Source: a virus. Taken from it: a stretch of 64,000 bases of DNA. The position numbers were made by a program, and so were the translations under genes. Of this stretch, positions 10,778 through 20,382 are shown in pieces (position 1 is the stretch's first letter; each line of letters starts with the position of its first letter). The DNA lies in the IMG/VR virus record IMGVR_UViG_3300042691_016049, positions 4,538 to 68,537 of that record. One strand, given 5' to 3'. The notes below the pieces were generated by a model that saw nothing but the letters and a program-made list of their open reading frames with translations, made no database searches and was not told the DNA's origin.

Positions 10778-12354
10778 AGCTTTTTAAGCGTATCCAGAAG
10801 GGGCAACAGGTCAACCATGGAGGTGCGGCGTTTGATCTCGGTTTCCAACATGGACTTGTATATACTATGTATATCCAGACCAGCTATATCCTCACAGGAT
10901 ATGCCGCTAACCGCCGCTTCAACTGACCCATCCAACTGTGAAATGACTTTTGCTATGGACGATAGATTACCCGCCTTATAGTCCGAGTCCATGATGGTTT
11001 TGATGTCTTCGTCCGACAACAAATTCCAATTATAATTTGATGCGATGTCCTTACCGCACAATAAAAGATGGGCTACCAATTGTTTCCAAGCCTCGCCCTT
11101 CTGTTCTCCGTAGCGGGTTTCGGTGGGCAGGGCTATGTGTCCTCCTCCCATTGCCGCCTGTTTCTTTAACTGGGAAGGCTTGATGCCGAGCAGCTTCGCA
11201 CACCGATTGGCCAATTCGTCCCGCTCAATCCCATCTTCCAAGACAGACAGGGCTTGCCCGACCTTACCCATTGCAATCTGTTTATCCTCAATTGAATTTT
11301 TATCCAGTGATTCTGCCAATGCTTCTGGGTAGATCTTGGCATTTGAGATCAGACTCGCAATGTCTCCGCCCGAAACCAAGAAGGAATCGGGATCTCCATC
11401 TGCCAGCATAACAGCCCTAACCCTGACACCAAGGCTTGCCAGCCCCGCAAATGCCTTAAATGACGCCTCTCGCCCCGCTTTATCCCCGTCGAACACCAAG
11501 ACAGCCTCTTTGCACAGGCGACGAATGATGGCCCCATGAGTGGCGGTAAATCCCGTTCCAAGTGGAGCAACGGCATTGGTAATACCGCTCAAGTGGCATC
11601 TGATAGCATCAATCTGCCCCTCAACAATGATCACTTGCCCCGAATCGATGATGGATCGTTTGGCTTTGTCCAGTCCGTAGAGAAGCTTTCCTTTGTGAAA
11701 TAGCGGGGATTCGGGGGAGTTAAGATACTTGGCAGGATGGTTATCAATGGTGCGTCCGCTGAATCCAACCAGAGTCCCCGCCTCATCCGCTATCCCGAAC
11801 ATAATACGATTGGAAAAACGCAGCGTCCCATTATCGTAGGTTAACCCCGACAGGGTATGATGATTGGCACTACCAGACAGGGCATAGCTCTTTGGCGCGA
11901 ATCCGATCTTCCATTCCTCGCAGATCTCTTTATTGAATCCACGTTCCTTGAGAATCTTTCGAGCTTCAGCCCCTTCCTTAGTTAAAAGCAAACTGAAAAA
12001 TTGTTGGTTAGCCTTATAGACAACAGATACCAAGCCCCTTCGTAGCTTATCGGCCTCACTCTCCTGTTCCTCTATGGCTATCCCCGCTTTGGCTCCAAGT
12101 TTGCGGACAGCTTCGGGGAAGTTGATCTTGTCCATTTCCATGACAAAGCGGAAGACCGACCCTCCAGCCCCGCATCCAAAACATTTATAGTTTCCCTTGT
12201 CATCATTGATAAAGAATGATGGAGTCTTCTCCCGATGGAATGGACAGAGCGCAACGAATCGTCCGCCCCTCTTTTTTACAGGGAAGTAATCCCCTGCTAC
12301 TTCAGAGAGACGGACGTTTGCCGCTATCGAAGCAATGGTCGTTTCAGAGATCAA
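10774..12354 (-). CDS. dnaG: DnaG-type DNA primase (CHC2 zinc finger + TOPRIM)
   Basis: 'CPFHREKTPSF..CFGCG', 'KYLNSPE', 'VEGQID', 'FDGDKAG' and 'DPD'. Confidence 0.95.
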   Translation of the reverse strand: MISETTIASIAANVRLSEVAGDYFPVKKRGGRFVALCPFHREKTPSFFINDDKGNYKCFGCGAGGSVFRFVMEMDKINFPEAVRKLGAKAGIAIEEQESEADKLRRGLVSVVYKANQQFFSLLLTKEGAEARKILKERGFNKEICEEWKIGFAPKSYALSGSANHHTLSGLTYDNGTLRFSNRIMFGIADEAGTLVGFSGRTIDNHPAKYLNSPESPLFHKGKLLYGLDKAKRSIIDSGQVIIVEGQIDAIRCHLSGITNAVAPLGTGFTATHGAIIRRLCKEAVLVFDGDKAGREASFKAFAGLASLGVRVRAVMLADGDPDSFLVSGGDIASLISNAKIYPEALAESLDKNSIEDKQIAMGKVGQALSVLEDGIERDELANRCAKLLGIKPSQLKKQAAMGGGHIALPTETRYGEQKGEAWKQLVAHLLLCGKDIASNYNWNLLSDEDIKTIMDSDYKAGNLSSIAKVISQLDGSVEAAVSGISCEDIAGLDIHSIYKSMLETEIKRRTSMVDLLPLLDTLKKL

Positions 12355-12615
12355 AAACTAAGCGGATTAGGATTTGATGGCATCTCCTCAACGCGAGGCA
12401 AGACATAGATCTTGTCCTGCTTTGGTTTGCGCGATGGTGCTTCGATGGCGGTTACCACACACAAAAATGCGGAAACAGCCACAATGGTTGCCAAGAATGC
12501 GTAAGGTTTCATTTCTTTTTATATTTTCTGGTTTCTTGAATGTTGTTTATTATCAGGGTTGAGAATGCCCATGTTGTAATGAACACGAACGTTCCGATTA
12601 CTGAATAAGATAGGA

Positions 12616-12861
12616 TTAGACCAAACATAGATCCTCCTGATCGTAGAGTTCTCCCAAGTCGCGGTAATGTTCCAAGATCTTCCCCATCAAATCATTGGAG
12701 ACAATGTCTTCAATATCGATGAAGTATTTTCGCTCCAGTTTCTTTACTTCGGTCACACTCATGGTTAGCTCAATATTACTTGAGTCGTTCCAGATTGTGA
12801 CCCTCCCCCTGCAACGTCTTTCGGCGTTGAGACCAGCTTTAGTTATGTGACGATGTATCAT
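12616..12861 (-). CDS. Hypothetical protein
   Basis: Part of a chain of overlapping minus-strand ORFs. Confidence 0.55.
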   Translation of the reverse strand: MIHRHITKAGLNAERRCRGRVTIWNDSSNIELTMSVTEVKKLERKYFIDIEDIVSNDLMGKILEHYRDLGELYDQEDLCLV

Positions 12862-13205
12862 GGTTTTGCTTTTGATTTCAGTGCTTGATTGATTTCAAAC
12901 TTAATGCGCCTCAAGTCTTTTGAGGTTAGATTGAATATTGTTGTTTCTGGGCCGCACGGAGGGCTAAACGTCAGGAAAAAATCATCTTTCAGATTTTCAT
13001 CAATACCGACATCTACGGCGAATGGCTGAATTTCTTTGAGTCTTTGGGCGCATTTGGCAGCTTCAACAATCACTATCGATTGCTCTGACATAACCCAATC
13101 TTTTATTTGATCATCCCACAAAACCAATACTTCAATTGTGCTGATTGTCTTGGGTGTTTTTATTTCAAACGGAACATATTTATGTTTCTGTTTCATGGTT
13201 AGCAA
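12858..13205 (-). CDS. Hypothetical protein
   Basis: Overlap-coupled ORF in the minus-strand operon. Confidence 0.55.
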   Translation of the reverse strand: MLTMKQKHKYVPFEIKTPKTISTIEVLVLWDDQIKDWVMSEQSIVIVEAAKCAQRLKEIQPFAVDVGIDENLKDDFFLTFSPPCGPETTIFNLTSKDLRRIKFEINQALKSKAKP

Positions 13206-13512
13206 ATGATCAAAAGGTTATTCTTCATCCAGTCTTTACCGATTCCTTTTTCAGCAAGACGATTTGTGATGGCTTTCTTTAGTTGCTTTTCGCGCTGCGA
13301 AGAGCCCGACTTTTTCTTTTTAGTTTTGATTTTCATGGTTTGTGTGTTTGATGGAGATCCAATCCTCCGTTTGTTGGTATGCTTCCAGACGGGGAACCCA
13401 AGGAACATTGCTGCACCATGAGACTCCTTCTGCCAGAAGCGAAGGTTGTTTGGGCTTTCGGACAAGCAGCATGAGGTCATGCCACAGGTCGCATACAAAT
13501 CTTACTTGTTCT

Positions 13513-13731
13513 TTAGACATAAGAATCCTCCTGACGTTGGCATTCAGCCCGAATAACTGAAAGGTCTTGAGCATGCGGCATACAGCCGAGGTGCATGCAG
13601 GCATCCAATACACGGGCATTTCCGAATTCTTGACATAGAGAGTAGAGCGGACGGGATTGAAATGTTCTTCCGTTGATCCTGATGCCCTCCCAAAATTCGT
13701 AGTGGTCATTGCCACAGGCATCAGTCCACAT
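13513..13731 (-). CDS. Hypothetical protein
   Basis: Overlap-coupled ORF. Confidence 0.5.
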   Translation of the reverse strand: MWTDACGNDHYEFWEGIRINGRTFQSRPLYSLCQEFGNARVLDACMHLGCMPHAQDLSVIRAECQRQEDSYV

Positions 13732-13957
13732 ATATTTCCCTCTGGTTTAAGCCGCGCATAGCTTTGGCTGTTAGCCTTGCCTCTTTTCTGGCAATTTTTG
13801 AATGAGAGCGGTTAGACATATGCTTTCGCAACTTGTCTTCCAGTGCCATTTTTATTGTTGTGATCTCCGCAAAGCCCAGCCGCAATACATAGCCGCTGGT
13901 TGGTGATTTGTATTTTTGTATTTTTGTTTTCATGGGTAGGCTTGTTGTGTTAGACAT
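13721..13957 (-). CDS. Hypothetical basic protein
   Basis: ORF in the early operon; an ATGAAAAC internal start lies at 13933. Confidence 0.5.
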   Translation of the reverse strand: MSNTTSLPMKTKIQKYKSPTSGYVLRLGFAEITTIKMALEDKLRKHMSNRSHSKIARKEARLTAKAMRGLNQREIYVD

Positions 13958-14191
13958 TGTCCGTCAACTGACGTTCAATGAAATCTTCATGGTCAATCCA
14001 CGATTTTCCGCCTGAAGAGGGAGAAGATCCCGCTCCAGTGGCAGAGAAACCATTCGTCCCTCCGCCTCTTACGGCAAAAGAGAAGGCGGCAATCCGCTTT
14101 GCAGCCATACGGAATCGTCCCGACAGGAAGGGGCGTGGAGCCAGACGGCGAGCGGGTGAAAAGAAGTGGGCAACAAAAGGAAAATAGTTTT

Positions 14192-14461
14192 TCATGCGGT
14201 TCTCCAGAATCGTAGCTTTTTCTTTCCGCCCTCTGTCACCATGCGCGTAGGGTAACGCCTTCCGTTGCGGCGTCCCTCTTTTGAGGCAATAGATCTAAGA
14301 AAATTCCAATCTGTTTCTAATCCAGTGTCAGGCCAAGCAAATGATTCCCCCACGTTTAGCTTGGAAAGCATAAACGGGAGAGGGTGGACAAGCGGCCCTC
14401 TCTCCCCCTTGCGGGGGAGGAGGACTTTGTCATCTATGGTGATGGTATAGGTGCGCTTCAC
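14192..14461 (-). CDS. Small DNA-binding-like protein
   Basis: 'PF..L.VGESF...R.WR' pattern common in small phage proteins; GTG start overlaps the upstream stop. Confidence 0.55.
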   Translation of the reverse strand: MKRTYTITIDDKVLLPRKGERGPLVHPLPFMLSKLNVGESFAWPDTGLETDWNFLRSIASKEGRRNGRRYPTRMVTEGGKKKLRFWRTA

Positions 14462-14700
14462 CGATTGCTCCAGAAGTGACCAGATAGCGCATCCGCCGCG
14501 CACTTATCACGGCATGATTCGCGGACATCTTCGTAGTTGGATTCTTTGAACCCGCGAGCCTTGGCAATAGTGGCAAGCGCAAATTCAACGTCATCATCAT
14601 CCGCCATGGGATGAGTGAGGCGAAGCAATGCATCCATCATATCGGGAGATGCATCGATCATATGTTGAGTAATCTTTCTGTCAGTGTGTAGCGGTATCAT
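14458..14700 (-). CDS. Hypothetical protein
   Basis: 'IDASPDMMDAL...IAKARG' pattern typical of small phage early proteins. Confidence 0.6.
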   Translation of the reverse strand: MIPLHTDRKITQHMIDASPDMMDALLRLTHPMADDDDVEFALATIAKARGFKESNYEDVRESCRDKCAADALSGHFWSNR

Positions 14701-14857
14701 TTTGATTTATCGATTAGTTTTTGCAGGAAGTCTTTCGGTAGTTTGTAGGAATCATTCGACAACACCGATTTGTTGATCAGGCGAGTGGCATGGTCATTCA
14801 AGAACCAGTAGGTTCCTGCTGGTATGCCATTGATTTGGTTTTCTTTTAGTGTGGCAG

Positions 14858-15037
14858 TCACAGCGTCTTTCCCTTTGATGGCGCTGACGTTACGATAGCC
14901 TTGCAAGCAGAACGTGCCGCCGCTTCGACTCTATCGATAGTTTCCTGACTTACTCTGGAAAACTTGTGGGCGCGATTTGCCTCTGCGAATTCCAGAATGA
15001 ACTTTTTAACTTGTGATGGTTTTGTCAGGTTATTCAT
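14858..15037 (-). CDS. Small protein, weakly histone-fold-like
   Basis: 'SQVKKFI...RVSQETIDRVE...KTL' after an A/C-rich leader. Confidence 0.45.
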   Translation of the reverse strand: MNNLTKPSQVKKFILEFAEANRAHKFSRVSQETIDRVEAAARSACKAIVTSAPSKGKTL

Positions 15038-15041
15038 GGTG

Positions 15042-15248
15042 TTAGCGGATTCCGAATGCTTCGGGTTTCGCGGCATAGAAGGCGAACGCATCCCGCAAGC
15101 GGTAACGCTCTAGAATGCGCGTGATCTTGTCCATGCGCGGATGGATTGAGGCAAGCTCATAGAGTGCCAGTTTCAGGGCGCGGCATTTCATCATGGATTG
15201 ATCCAATCCGAAATGCTTTGCTGCTTGGATTTTGTCAGTGGTTTTCAT
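15042..15248 (-). CDS. Hypothetical early protein
   Basis: ATG follows the leader AAAACAAAAACACCACA. Confidence 0.6.
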   Translation of the reverse strand: MKTTDKIQAAKHFGLDQSMMKCRALKLALYELASIHPRMDKITRILERYRLRDAFAFYAAKPEAFGIR

Positions 15249-15318
15249 TGTGGTGTTTTTGTTTTCGGGCTGAAGCAACCCATTCCGCCCCCTGTCACCA
15301 AGGAACGGATGGAGTGCT

Positions 15319-15525
15319 TCACCGAGTCTCGCCGCCGAAGGTAACAAGACTGATGGAAGTTAGAATTCTATTTGATTCAGCATCATACAGATCTTCCCAA
15401 ACGTGTTTGACGTGGTAGACATCTGAATTATTATCGTGCCGATAATTAATCTCAACGTTGCGCGGATCGACCCCGCAATGGTCGCAGATTTTTTGGATTT
15501 TGTTTATCAGTTGTTGTGCGTTCAT
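15319..15525 (-). CDS. Hypothetical early protein
   Basis: ATGA overlap with the upstream gene. Confidence 0.6.
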   Translation of the reverse strand: MNAQQLINKIQKICDHCGVDPRNVEINYRHDNNSDVYHVKHVWEDLYDAESNRILTSISLVTFGGETR

Positions 15526-15698
15526 TTTCCGCTCCTGATTTTTCCAAGAACGCGAGAAAGCTGCCTGTTCAAGGTTTTCCCGTAATCGTCCCCGTGTTTT
15601 TTTGTCAATTCATCGATGGCATTAGCCGCGATGATGATTAGTGCTGTCAGATATTCTGACCGAATAGTTTCTGTCTGTGGTTTATTTTTAGTTTTCAT
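15522..15698 (-). CDS. Hypothetical early protein
   Basis: ATG follows the hairpin element and a CCACCACA leader. Confidence 0.55.
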   Translation of the reverse strand: MKTKNKPQTETIRSEYLTALIIIAANAIDELTKKHGDDYGKTLNRQLSRVLGKIRSGK

Positions 15699-15707
15699 TG
15701 TGGTGGA

Positions 15708-15766
15708 TTGGGGAAGATTCCCCATTCTGCCCTCTCCGAAGAGAGGACAGATGGGAAACCCTCGCC
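15708..15766 (-). repeat. Intergenic hairpin element, copy 2
   Basis: GGCGA..TTCCC.CTGTCCTCTC-TTCG-GAGAGGGCAG..GGGGAA..TCCCCAA. Confidence 0.7.
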
Positions 15767-16807
15767 CTAGTTGGCAAGAGCCGCTTGCCTGACCGCTTCC
15801 TGACCACGGGAGAACATGGTCACCCGATCAGGGCCAGCGAGCATGGCGATGAAGTTGCGCTTATGCTCCGCCGCTGAACCAAGTTGCGAGCGGTAAACCC
15901 GCGAGGCAAGGTTAGCTTTGCGCCCCGTGCCATTGCCGCTTGTCCAGTATTCTGTCGCGCCATTGGCGAGGTCATAGAGGTTGCGCCCCTTGTTCCCAAT
16001 GCCATTGGCGAACAGGTCAGCAATTTCCCGTGCCGCATTCATCGAACGGGTGGCGAGTTTGTTATCTTTCGCGTCTGTTGTCATGCAGAAATATCCCGCA
16101 GCCATTGCAAGCGCATCATTCGCATCGCAGGCGTGGTCAGCAAGATATTCCATGACTTTGACAAGCTCCACGCGCCCCTTGAGGATAGCGTTCAGGAGGT
16201 CACCGAGACCTTCAAGCGCGAATTCAGCGTTTTTTGTATGGTAAACTTTGAACTTGTTTTCCGCCGCATTGCGCGACCACTGAAAAGTGTTCATGCAAAC
16301 GATACGGATAGCAGAGTCGAAAGACTCCATTGCGATTGTCCCGTCATGCGATGTTACAAAATTCAAATTTGCTTTGAATTGGTCACCATTAATGACGAGG
16401 TCGGAGTTTCCAATGTCGCAAGAGATGGAAAACTTTTTTCCACGCTCCAATGTGCAGACCGAAGTCACCTTGCAGTCGAGATCCCGCAAGGATTTCTGCA
16501 TGACATTCCAAATTTCCCGATTGCTGATGACTTTGTAACCCGCCTTGGGAATGTGAAGCGGAACCAAGGCATCCCGCCCCGAAAGATCAGGGCGAACTTT
16601 GCGGTGATCCGCCACAAGAACTTTGTAGTCTTCCAAGGTTGCGGTTTCCCCGTCCACCTGAACGAAGGCGGGGCTTTCGATGATATCGAACAGCAAAGGA
16701 GAGACTTCCGTGTCTCCGATTGCTGAAACGTGTTGGGCTAATCCATGCCATTCGGTTCCCTCGATGGAGAGGACAATGTCATGGGGCTGTTCGATTTTGT
16801 GACTCAT
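15767..16807 (-). CDS. DUF932-family protein
   Basis: 'WHGL', 'YKVISN', 'TSHDGT', 'IRIVCMNT', 'HTKN' and 'NGATEY' motifs. Confidence 0.85.
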   Translation of the reverse strand: MSHKIEQPHDIVLSIEGTEWHGLAQHVSAIGDTEVSPLLFDIIESPAFVQVDGETATLEDYKVLVADHRKVRPDLSGRDALVPLHIPKAGYKVISNREIWNVMQKSLRDLDCKVTSVCTLERGKKFSISCDIGNSDLVINGDQFKANLNFVTSHDGTIAMESFDSAIRIVCMNTFQWSRNAAENKFKVYHTKNAEFALEGLGDLLNAILKGRVELVKVMEYLADHACDANDALAMAAGYFCMTTDAKDNKLATRSMNAAREIADLFANGIGNKGRNLYDLANGATEYWTSGNGTGRKANLASRVYRSQLGSAAEHKRNFIAMLAGPDRVTMFSRGQEAVRQAALAN

Positions 16808-16898
16808 ATGTGTGGTTTTTTCTATGTGTGGTTTTTTGGTTTTTCTCATTCCTCATCTTGTCACCCTATCGGGGCAAGGTTCGGTCTGATGAAAGTGA

Positions 16899-16926
16899 AA
16901 GTATCAGTGGGGAAAACTTTGTCAAC
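16899..16926 (-). promoter_or_regulatory. Sigma70-like early promoter
   Basis: TTGACA-16-TACTTT with a TG extension and an upstream A-tract. Confidence 0.65.
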
Positions 16927-17103
16927 TGGTTTTTTTAAAAAAAGATCAGGAAATTTTTGGGGGGAGAATTTGCCCCTTGTCACCTCGTTTTTCGGGGGTG
17001 TCATCATAGCGGGGCGGGAAAGAAAATCGTTTTGCGGGGCGTTTAAAGCGTGGAAATCGGACGGGACGGGGCGGAGGATCGGACTCCGCGCACCTTGTCA
17101 CCT

Positions 17104-17355
17104 TCAGAGGTTGCCAAATGTTTTCGGGGCATTCAGCCAATCCCACCAATTGCGGAAATTGGCAAAGGCGGGGCGTCCCCGTCTGTTATATTCTTCTAAC
17201 AGGTTGCAAACTGATAGCAGCCTGTCCAATATGGGAAGATCACTTGCGGGGAGTCTCTCCTCTAATTCCCTGAAGAGTCGCGAGGACATATTGTCCCCCC
17301 GTCCCCATATGCCATTGATTACCAATCTTGCCTCTTTTTCTGTTAGCGGTTCCAT
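17104..17355 (-). CDS. Hypothetical early protein
   Basis: ORF directly follows the upstream gene. Confidence 0.5.
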   Translation of the reverse strand: MEPLTEKEARLVINGIWGRGDNMSSRLFRELEERLPASDLPILDRLLSVCNLLEEYNRRGRPAFANFRNWWDWLNAPKTFGNL

Positions 17356-17359
17356 AGGA

Positions 17360-17695
17360 TCAAAGGGAATTCATGGCGAGAGCGACCAATGCCTTGTGAG
17401 CTTCAAGCACCCTCTCCCGTGCGCGATTTATTAAGGCTTTCGCCTCTTTTTCTTTTTCCGCAACCTGATTTTCTGCCCGTGCAAGCATGGAATTTGCCTG
17501 TCTGTTAGCGTCTGCGACCAGTCTTTCGCACTGTTCCCGTGTATCTTTAAGGCTAATTTCGGGGACAAGATCGGACTTCATGGCCGCTTCCAACTCAAAA
17601 CGAATCGAGGACAGCCACGGGCCAAGATAGGAATTCGGGCCAAGCTTGGCAATGGCCTGATTTATGATTTCCAACTCTTCTTTTTTTGTGATCAT
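17360..17695 (-). CDS. Hypothetical coiled-coil protein
   Basis: ATG after an A-rich leader; 'LGPNSYLGPWL' followed by a coiled coil. Confidence 0.65.
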   Translation of the reverse strand: MITKKEELEIINQAIAKLGPNSYLGPWLSSIRFELEAAMKSDLVPEISLKDTREQCERLVADANRQANSMLARAENQVAEKEKEAKALINRARERVLEAHKALVALAMNSL

Positions 17696-17722
17696 GTGAT
17701 TATTTTTTATTTTGGTTTTTAG

Positions 17723-17783
17723 TTGGGGATTTTCCCCGTGCTGGCCTCTCACTAGGAGAGACCAGAGGCGGGAACAATTCGCC
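17723..17783 (-). repeat. Intergenic hairpin element, copy 1
   Basis: GGCGA..TTCCC..CTGGTCTCTC-CTAGT-GAGAGGCCAG..GGGGAAAATCCCCAA. Confidence 0.7.
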
Positions 17784-17786
17784 TTA

Positions 17787-18644
17787 TCAGTGGACGCCTA
17801 TTGCAATAGGAACCCCACGGAATTTTTCCGAGCCGCATGCGTGGCCTGATGGGGTGCAATCCCCGCAGCGTCCCGCGCAAACGAATACGCGCCGCCCCGC
17901 TTGTTCGCGAACGTCCCGCGCATAGTCTGCAAATCCCGCATTTCGTTTGCTCTGGTAGGCCCTCCCGTGATCCTTGGCGGTCTCGATGGCGATGAATTCT
18001 CCCCGTGCAATGGGGAGGCGGGAAACAGCTTGTTTCTCCTCCTCTGTCCCCTTCCCTCCGCTTGAAAGGTTCAGGAGGTAGTTAGACGGGAAACGCGCCC
18101 CGCTTTCAGCGTAGGCGAGGAGAAGCGCCCATGATTTGCTGTATCCGTAAACCTGAAGATCAGGCCGCGCAAAGCAGAGGCGAAACCAGAACGCGAGGAT
18201 TTCGGGGGACGCGAAATCCCCATCAACATAAAGACGGACAATCGCCCTTTGAGGGAGGGCCATCCAAGCCGTGACAATTTCGTCGCGCCCCTCTTTTGTC
18301 CGCAAACGAGTCGAATTAATCAGTTGACGCATAAATGCCGCAGGATAGCGCCAAGCTTTGAAGCTGTAGCAGAATCCCCCCATCAGTTCCCCGTTTTCCC
18401 CGTAAAGGCATTTCCCCGCTTGTGGGCAGTCAATCCCCGCCAAGGATGAGAAAGCGTAGAAAGGAAGCTTTGAATTCCCGCCCTCCGCGAATACGGCGGG
18501 AAGCTTCCCCGAATCAATCCGCCGATAGCAGGATTGCCAACCGATCCCGCGAGACATGAAGAGGCCGCGCAAAGGTTCGACAGATTGCGCTTCCACGCAT
18601 TGCAAGGCCCCCGAATAGAGGGAAAGAGTGAATTGTTTTTTCAT
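17787..18644 (-). CDS. Phage gp88-like Cys-rich (radical-SAM-like fold) protein
   Basis: 'GNSKL', 'CPQAGKC..CY', 'VRLYVDGDF', 'YGYSKS' and 'CAGRCGDC..C'. Confidence 0.7.
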   Translation of the reverse strand: MKKQFTLSLYSGALQCVEAQSVEPLRGLFMSRGIGWQSCYRRIDSGKLPAVFAEGGNSKLPFYAFSSLAGIDCPQAGKCLYGENGELMGGFCYSFKAWRYPAAFMRQLINSTRLRTKEGRDEIVTAWMALPQRAIVRLYVDGDFASPEILAFWFRLCFARPDLQVYGYSKSWALLLAYAESGARFPSNYLLNLSSGGKGTEEEKQAVSRLPIARGEFIAIETAKDHGRAYQSKRNAGFADYARDVREQAGRRVFVCAGRCGDCTPSGHACGSEKFRGVPIAIGVH

Positions 18645-18651
18645 TGGTGCG

Positions 18652-18852
18652 TTAGTGTTGAAAGAAAAGGTTGACAAGGTGAAGCCCGAAAACAAAAGCC
18701 ACGAGAGCCACGCAAAGCGCAAAGCCTGAAGCTTGTTTAAATTCTCGCAAGATCCCGCCAAGGTAGAAAGCAAAGCGGGACGGATTCCGAATGATAGCGC
18801 GAACGTGCAAGGTGCAGCGTCCGCCCAATGAATTAGGCAATGGTGTTTTCAT
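18652..18852 (-). CDS. Hypothetical membrane protein (first early gene)
   Basis: C-terminal hydrophobic segment; TTGACA promoter immediately upstream (~18884-18889). Confidence 0.5.
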   Translation of the reverse strand: MKTPLPNSLGGRCTLHVRAIIRNPSRFAFYLGGILREFKQASGFALCVALVAFVFGLHLVNLFFQH

Positions 18853-19027
18853 GCACGGGGAGAATCTGACGGGAAGGGGGGAATGTCAACACGTTTTTTC
18901 AATTTATTTTTAGCAATGCTAATTGGAATAATTCCAAATAGGAATTGACGTAGTGCGGGAAGGGAAATTCGCGACAGAGAAAACGTGCATTGCAATACAT
19001 GACAAAAATGTCAGGTAAAAAAATCAT

Positions 19028-19055
19028 TTGACAATTAATGCGGGGAGGATAGATT
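19028..19055 (+). promoter_or_regulatory. Sigma70-like promoter, ATG 10 nt after the -10
   Basis: TTGACA-16-TAGATT. Confidence 0.6.
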
Positions 19056-19065
19056 TGCCCCTGTT

Positions 19066-19359
19066 ATGGAAAACACCACTGAAAACACGATGGGCGCGGG
19101 AGCAATCGCCACGCAAAAGCCAATCCCCTTTTATTACGGGGAGAGGACAGAAAAGACTCCGCTTGAACGCATCGACAATCTGGAGAAGCAGCTATTCAAC
19201 GCGCAAGAGATGCTCGCGACAATTGAGGCGGACGGAGATCATTCCTCGCATCTCCATGGGTTTTATAAGTCGCGAGTCCATAAGCTTGACTTAAAGCTTG
19301 AAGACTTGAAGCGGGAATTTCCGCCCGTCTTTTTCTCGGTGCGTCACTTCGTCGGATAG
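19066..19359 (+). CDS. Hypothetical coiled-coil protein
   Basis: Bounded by a promoter and a terminator. Confidence 0.6.
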   Translation: MENTTENTMGAGAIATQKPIPFYYGERTEKTPLERIDNLEKQLFNAQEMLATIEADGDHSSHLHGFYKSRVHKLDLKLEDLKREFPPVFFSVRHFVG

Positions 19360-19380
19360 TCTCCTCGCTTCCCTCTCATG

Positions 19381-19416
19381 CCCCGTCAGGCGAAAGCTTG
19401 GCGGGGTTTTTCTTTT
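19381..19416 (+). terminator. Rho-independent terminator
   Basis: CCCCGTCAGGC-GAAA-GCTTGGCGGGG followed by TTTTTCTTTT. Confidence 0.8.
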
Positions 19417-19809
19417 CGGGGTTTTCCCCTGCGGGATATGGCTCGACTCTTGAAGGTCTCCCCGTTTGCGCATGGCATAGGTTCCCCGCTTTCTCTGTAG
19501 CTTCCCCCATACCAACATAGCGCCCGACCAATCAAAGCCCCTCATATGGCCGTATAAGCGGAGACTCATCTATCAAGTCATGGGATCGGGGCGGGATGGC
19601 ATGAGACATGAGAGCCAACTATCAGAGCGGACGGGGGACAGCGCACGGCGGGGACAGCCAGCCGATAGGCGCAAACCCGCTCGCAAATCACAGACCCCAC
19701 CCCACGGGTGTTGACCCCACGTTCTCATTAGCGCGGGCACTGGCTCCACGAAAATACCTGTTTTCAAATATTGTTTGACAAAACTAATCTTAGTAACTAC
19801 ATTGCTAGT

Positions 19810-20382
19810 ATGAAACTCAAATACGCCAAACTTAAAAACAAAGAAGCCATCAAGATTTTCCGCAGAATTCTGGAAGAAATTGAGAAATTGCACCGATTGG
19901 AAGAAGAAGAGGTAGATTATTTCAGTTCTGCGTTTTGGAAAGAGATTAATCTTACTGATGGGTCAAAGATCTGCTATGAGAATTATCGTAGATGTTTACA
20001 GAGAAAACAGGCCAGAAGGGCTTATCGCGCCATGATGGACACTTATATGAAGCATTATGGAGAAAGGCTAGTAACTCCAGAAGCCCGCAGACGCCATGCC
20101 CAGAAGCGCCGTGTGTTAAAGTCCTCCAAGAAAGATTCCAAGGCTCGCTCAAAAATACTTGCTATCAATGTTGGCCCTTGTAAGTGTTACTGGTGTGGGG
20201 TTAAGTTACCAACTGGTGGACACGCAGACCATATTGTGCCATTGTCTAAGGGTGATAGCAACACCTGTGATAACATTGTAGCCGCCTGTAAGATATGCAA
20301 CGAAACCAAGAAAGACACGATGCCCAACTCCAAGGATCTACCGATTCACATGGAGCTTCAGTTGCCGCTGATCCACTCCTGA
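19810..20382 (+). CDS. HNH endonuclease (probably leaderless mRNA)
   Basis: 'CYWC..HADHIVPLSKG..N..NIVAACKICN'; promoter TTGACA-17-TACATT ends 6 nt before the ATG. Confidence 0.85.
   Translation: MKLKYAKLKNKEAIKIFRRILEEIEKLHRLEEEEVDYFSSAFWKEINLTDGSKICYENYRRCLQRKQARRAYRAMMDTYMKHYGERLVTPEARRRHAQKRRVLKSSKKDSKARSKILAINVGPCKCYWCGVKLPTGGHADHIVPLSKGDSNTCDNIVAACKICNETKKDTMPNSKDLPIHMELQLPLIHS

Noticed and set aside
15884-16726. 280-aa plus-strand ORF
   Set aside because: Antisense shadow of the DUF932-like gene.
16745-17434. 229-aa plus-strand ORF
   Set aside because: Runs antisense across a promoter and real minus-strand genes; implausible composition.
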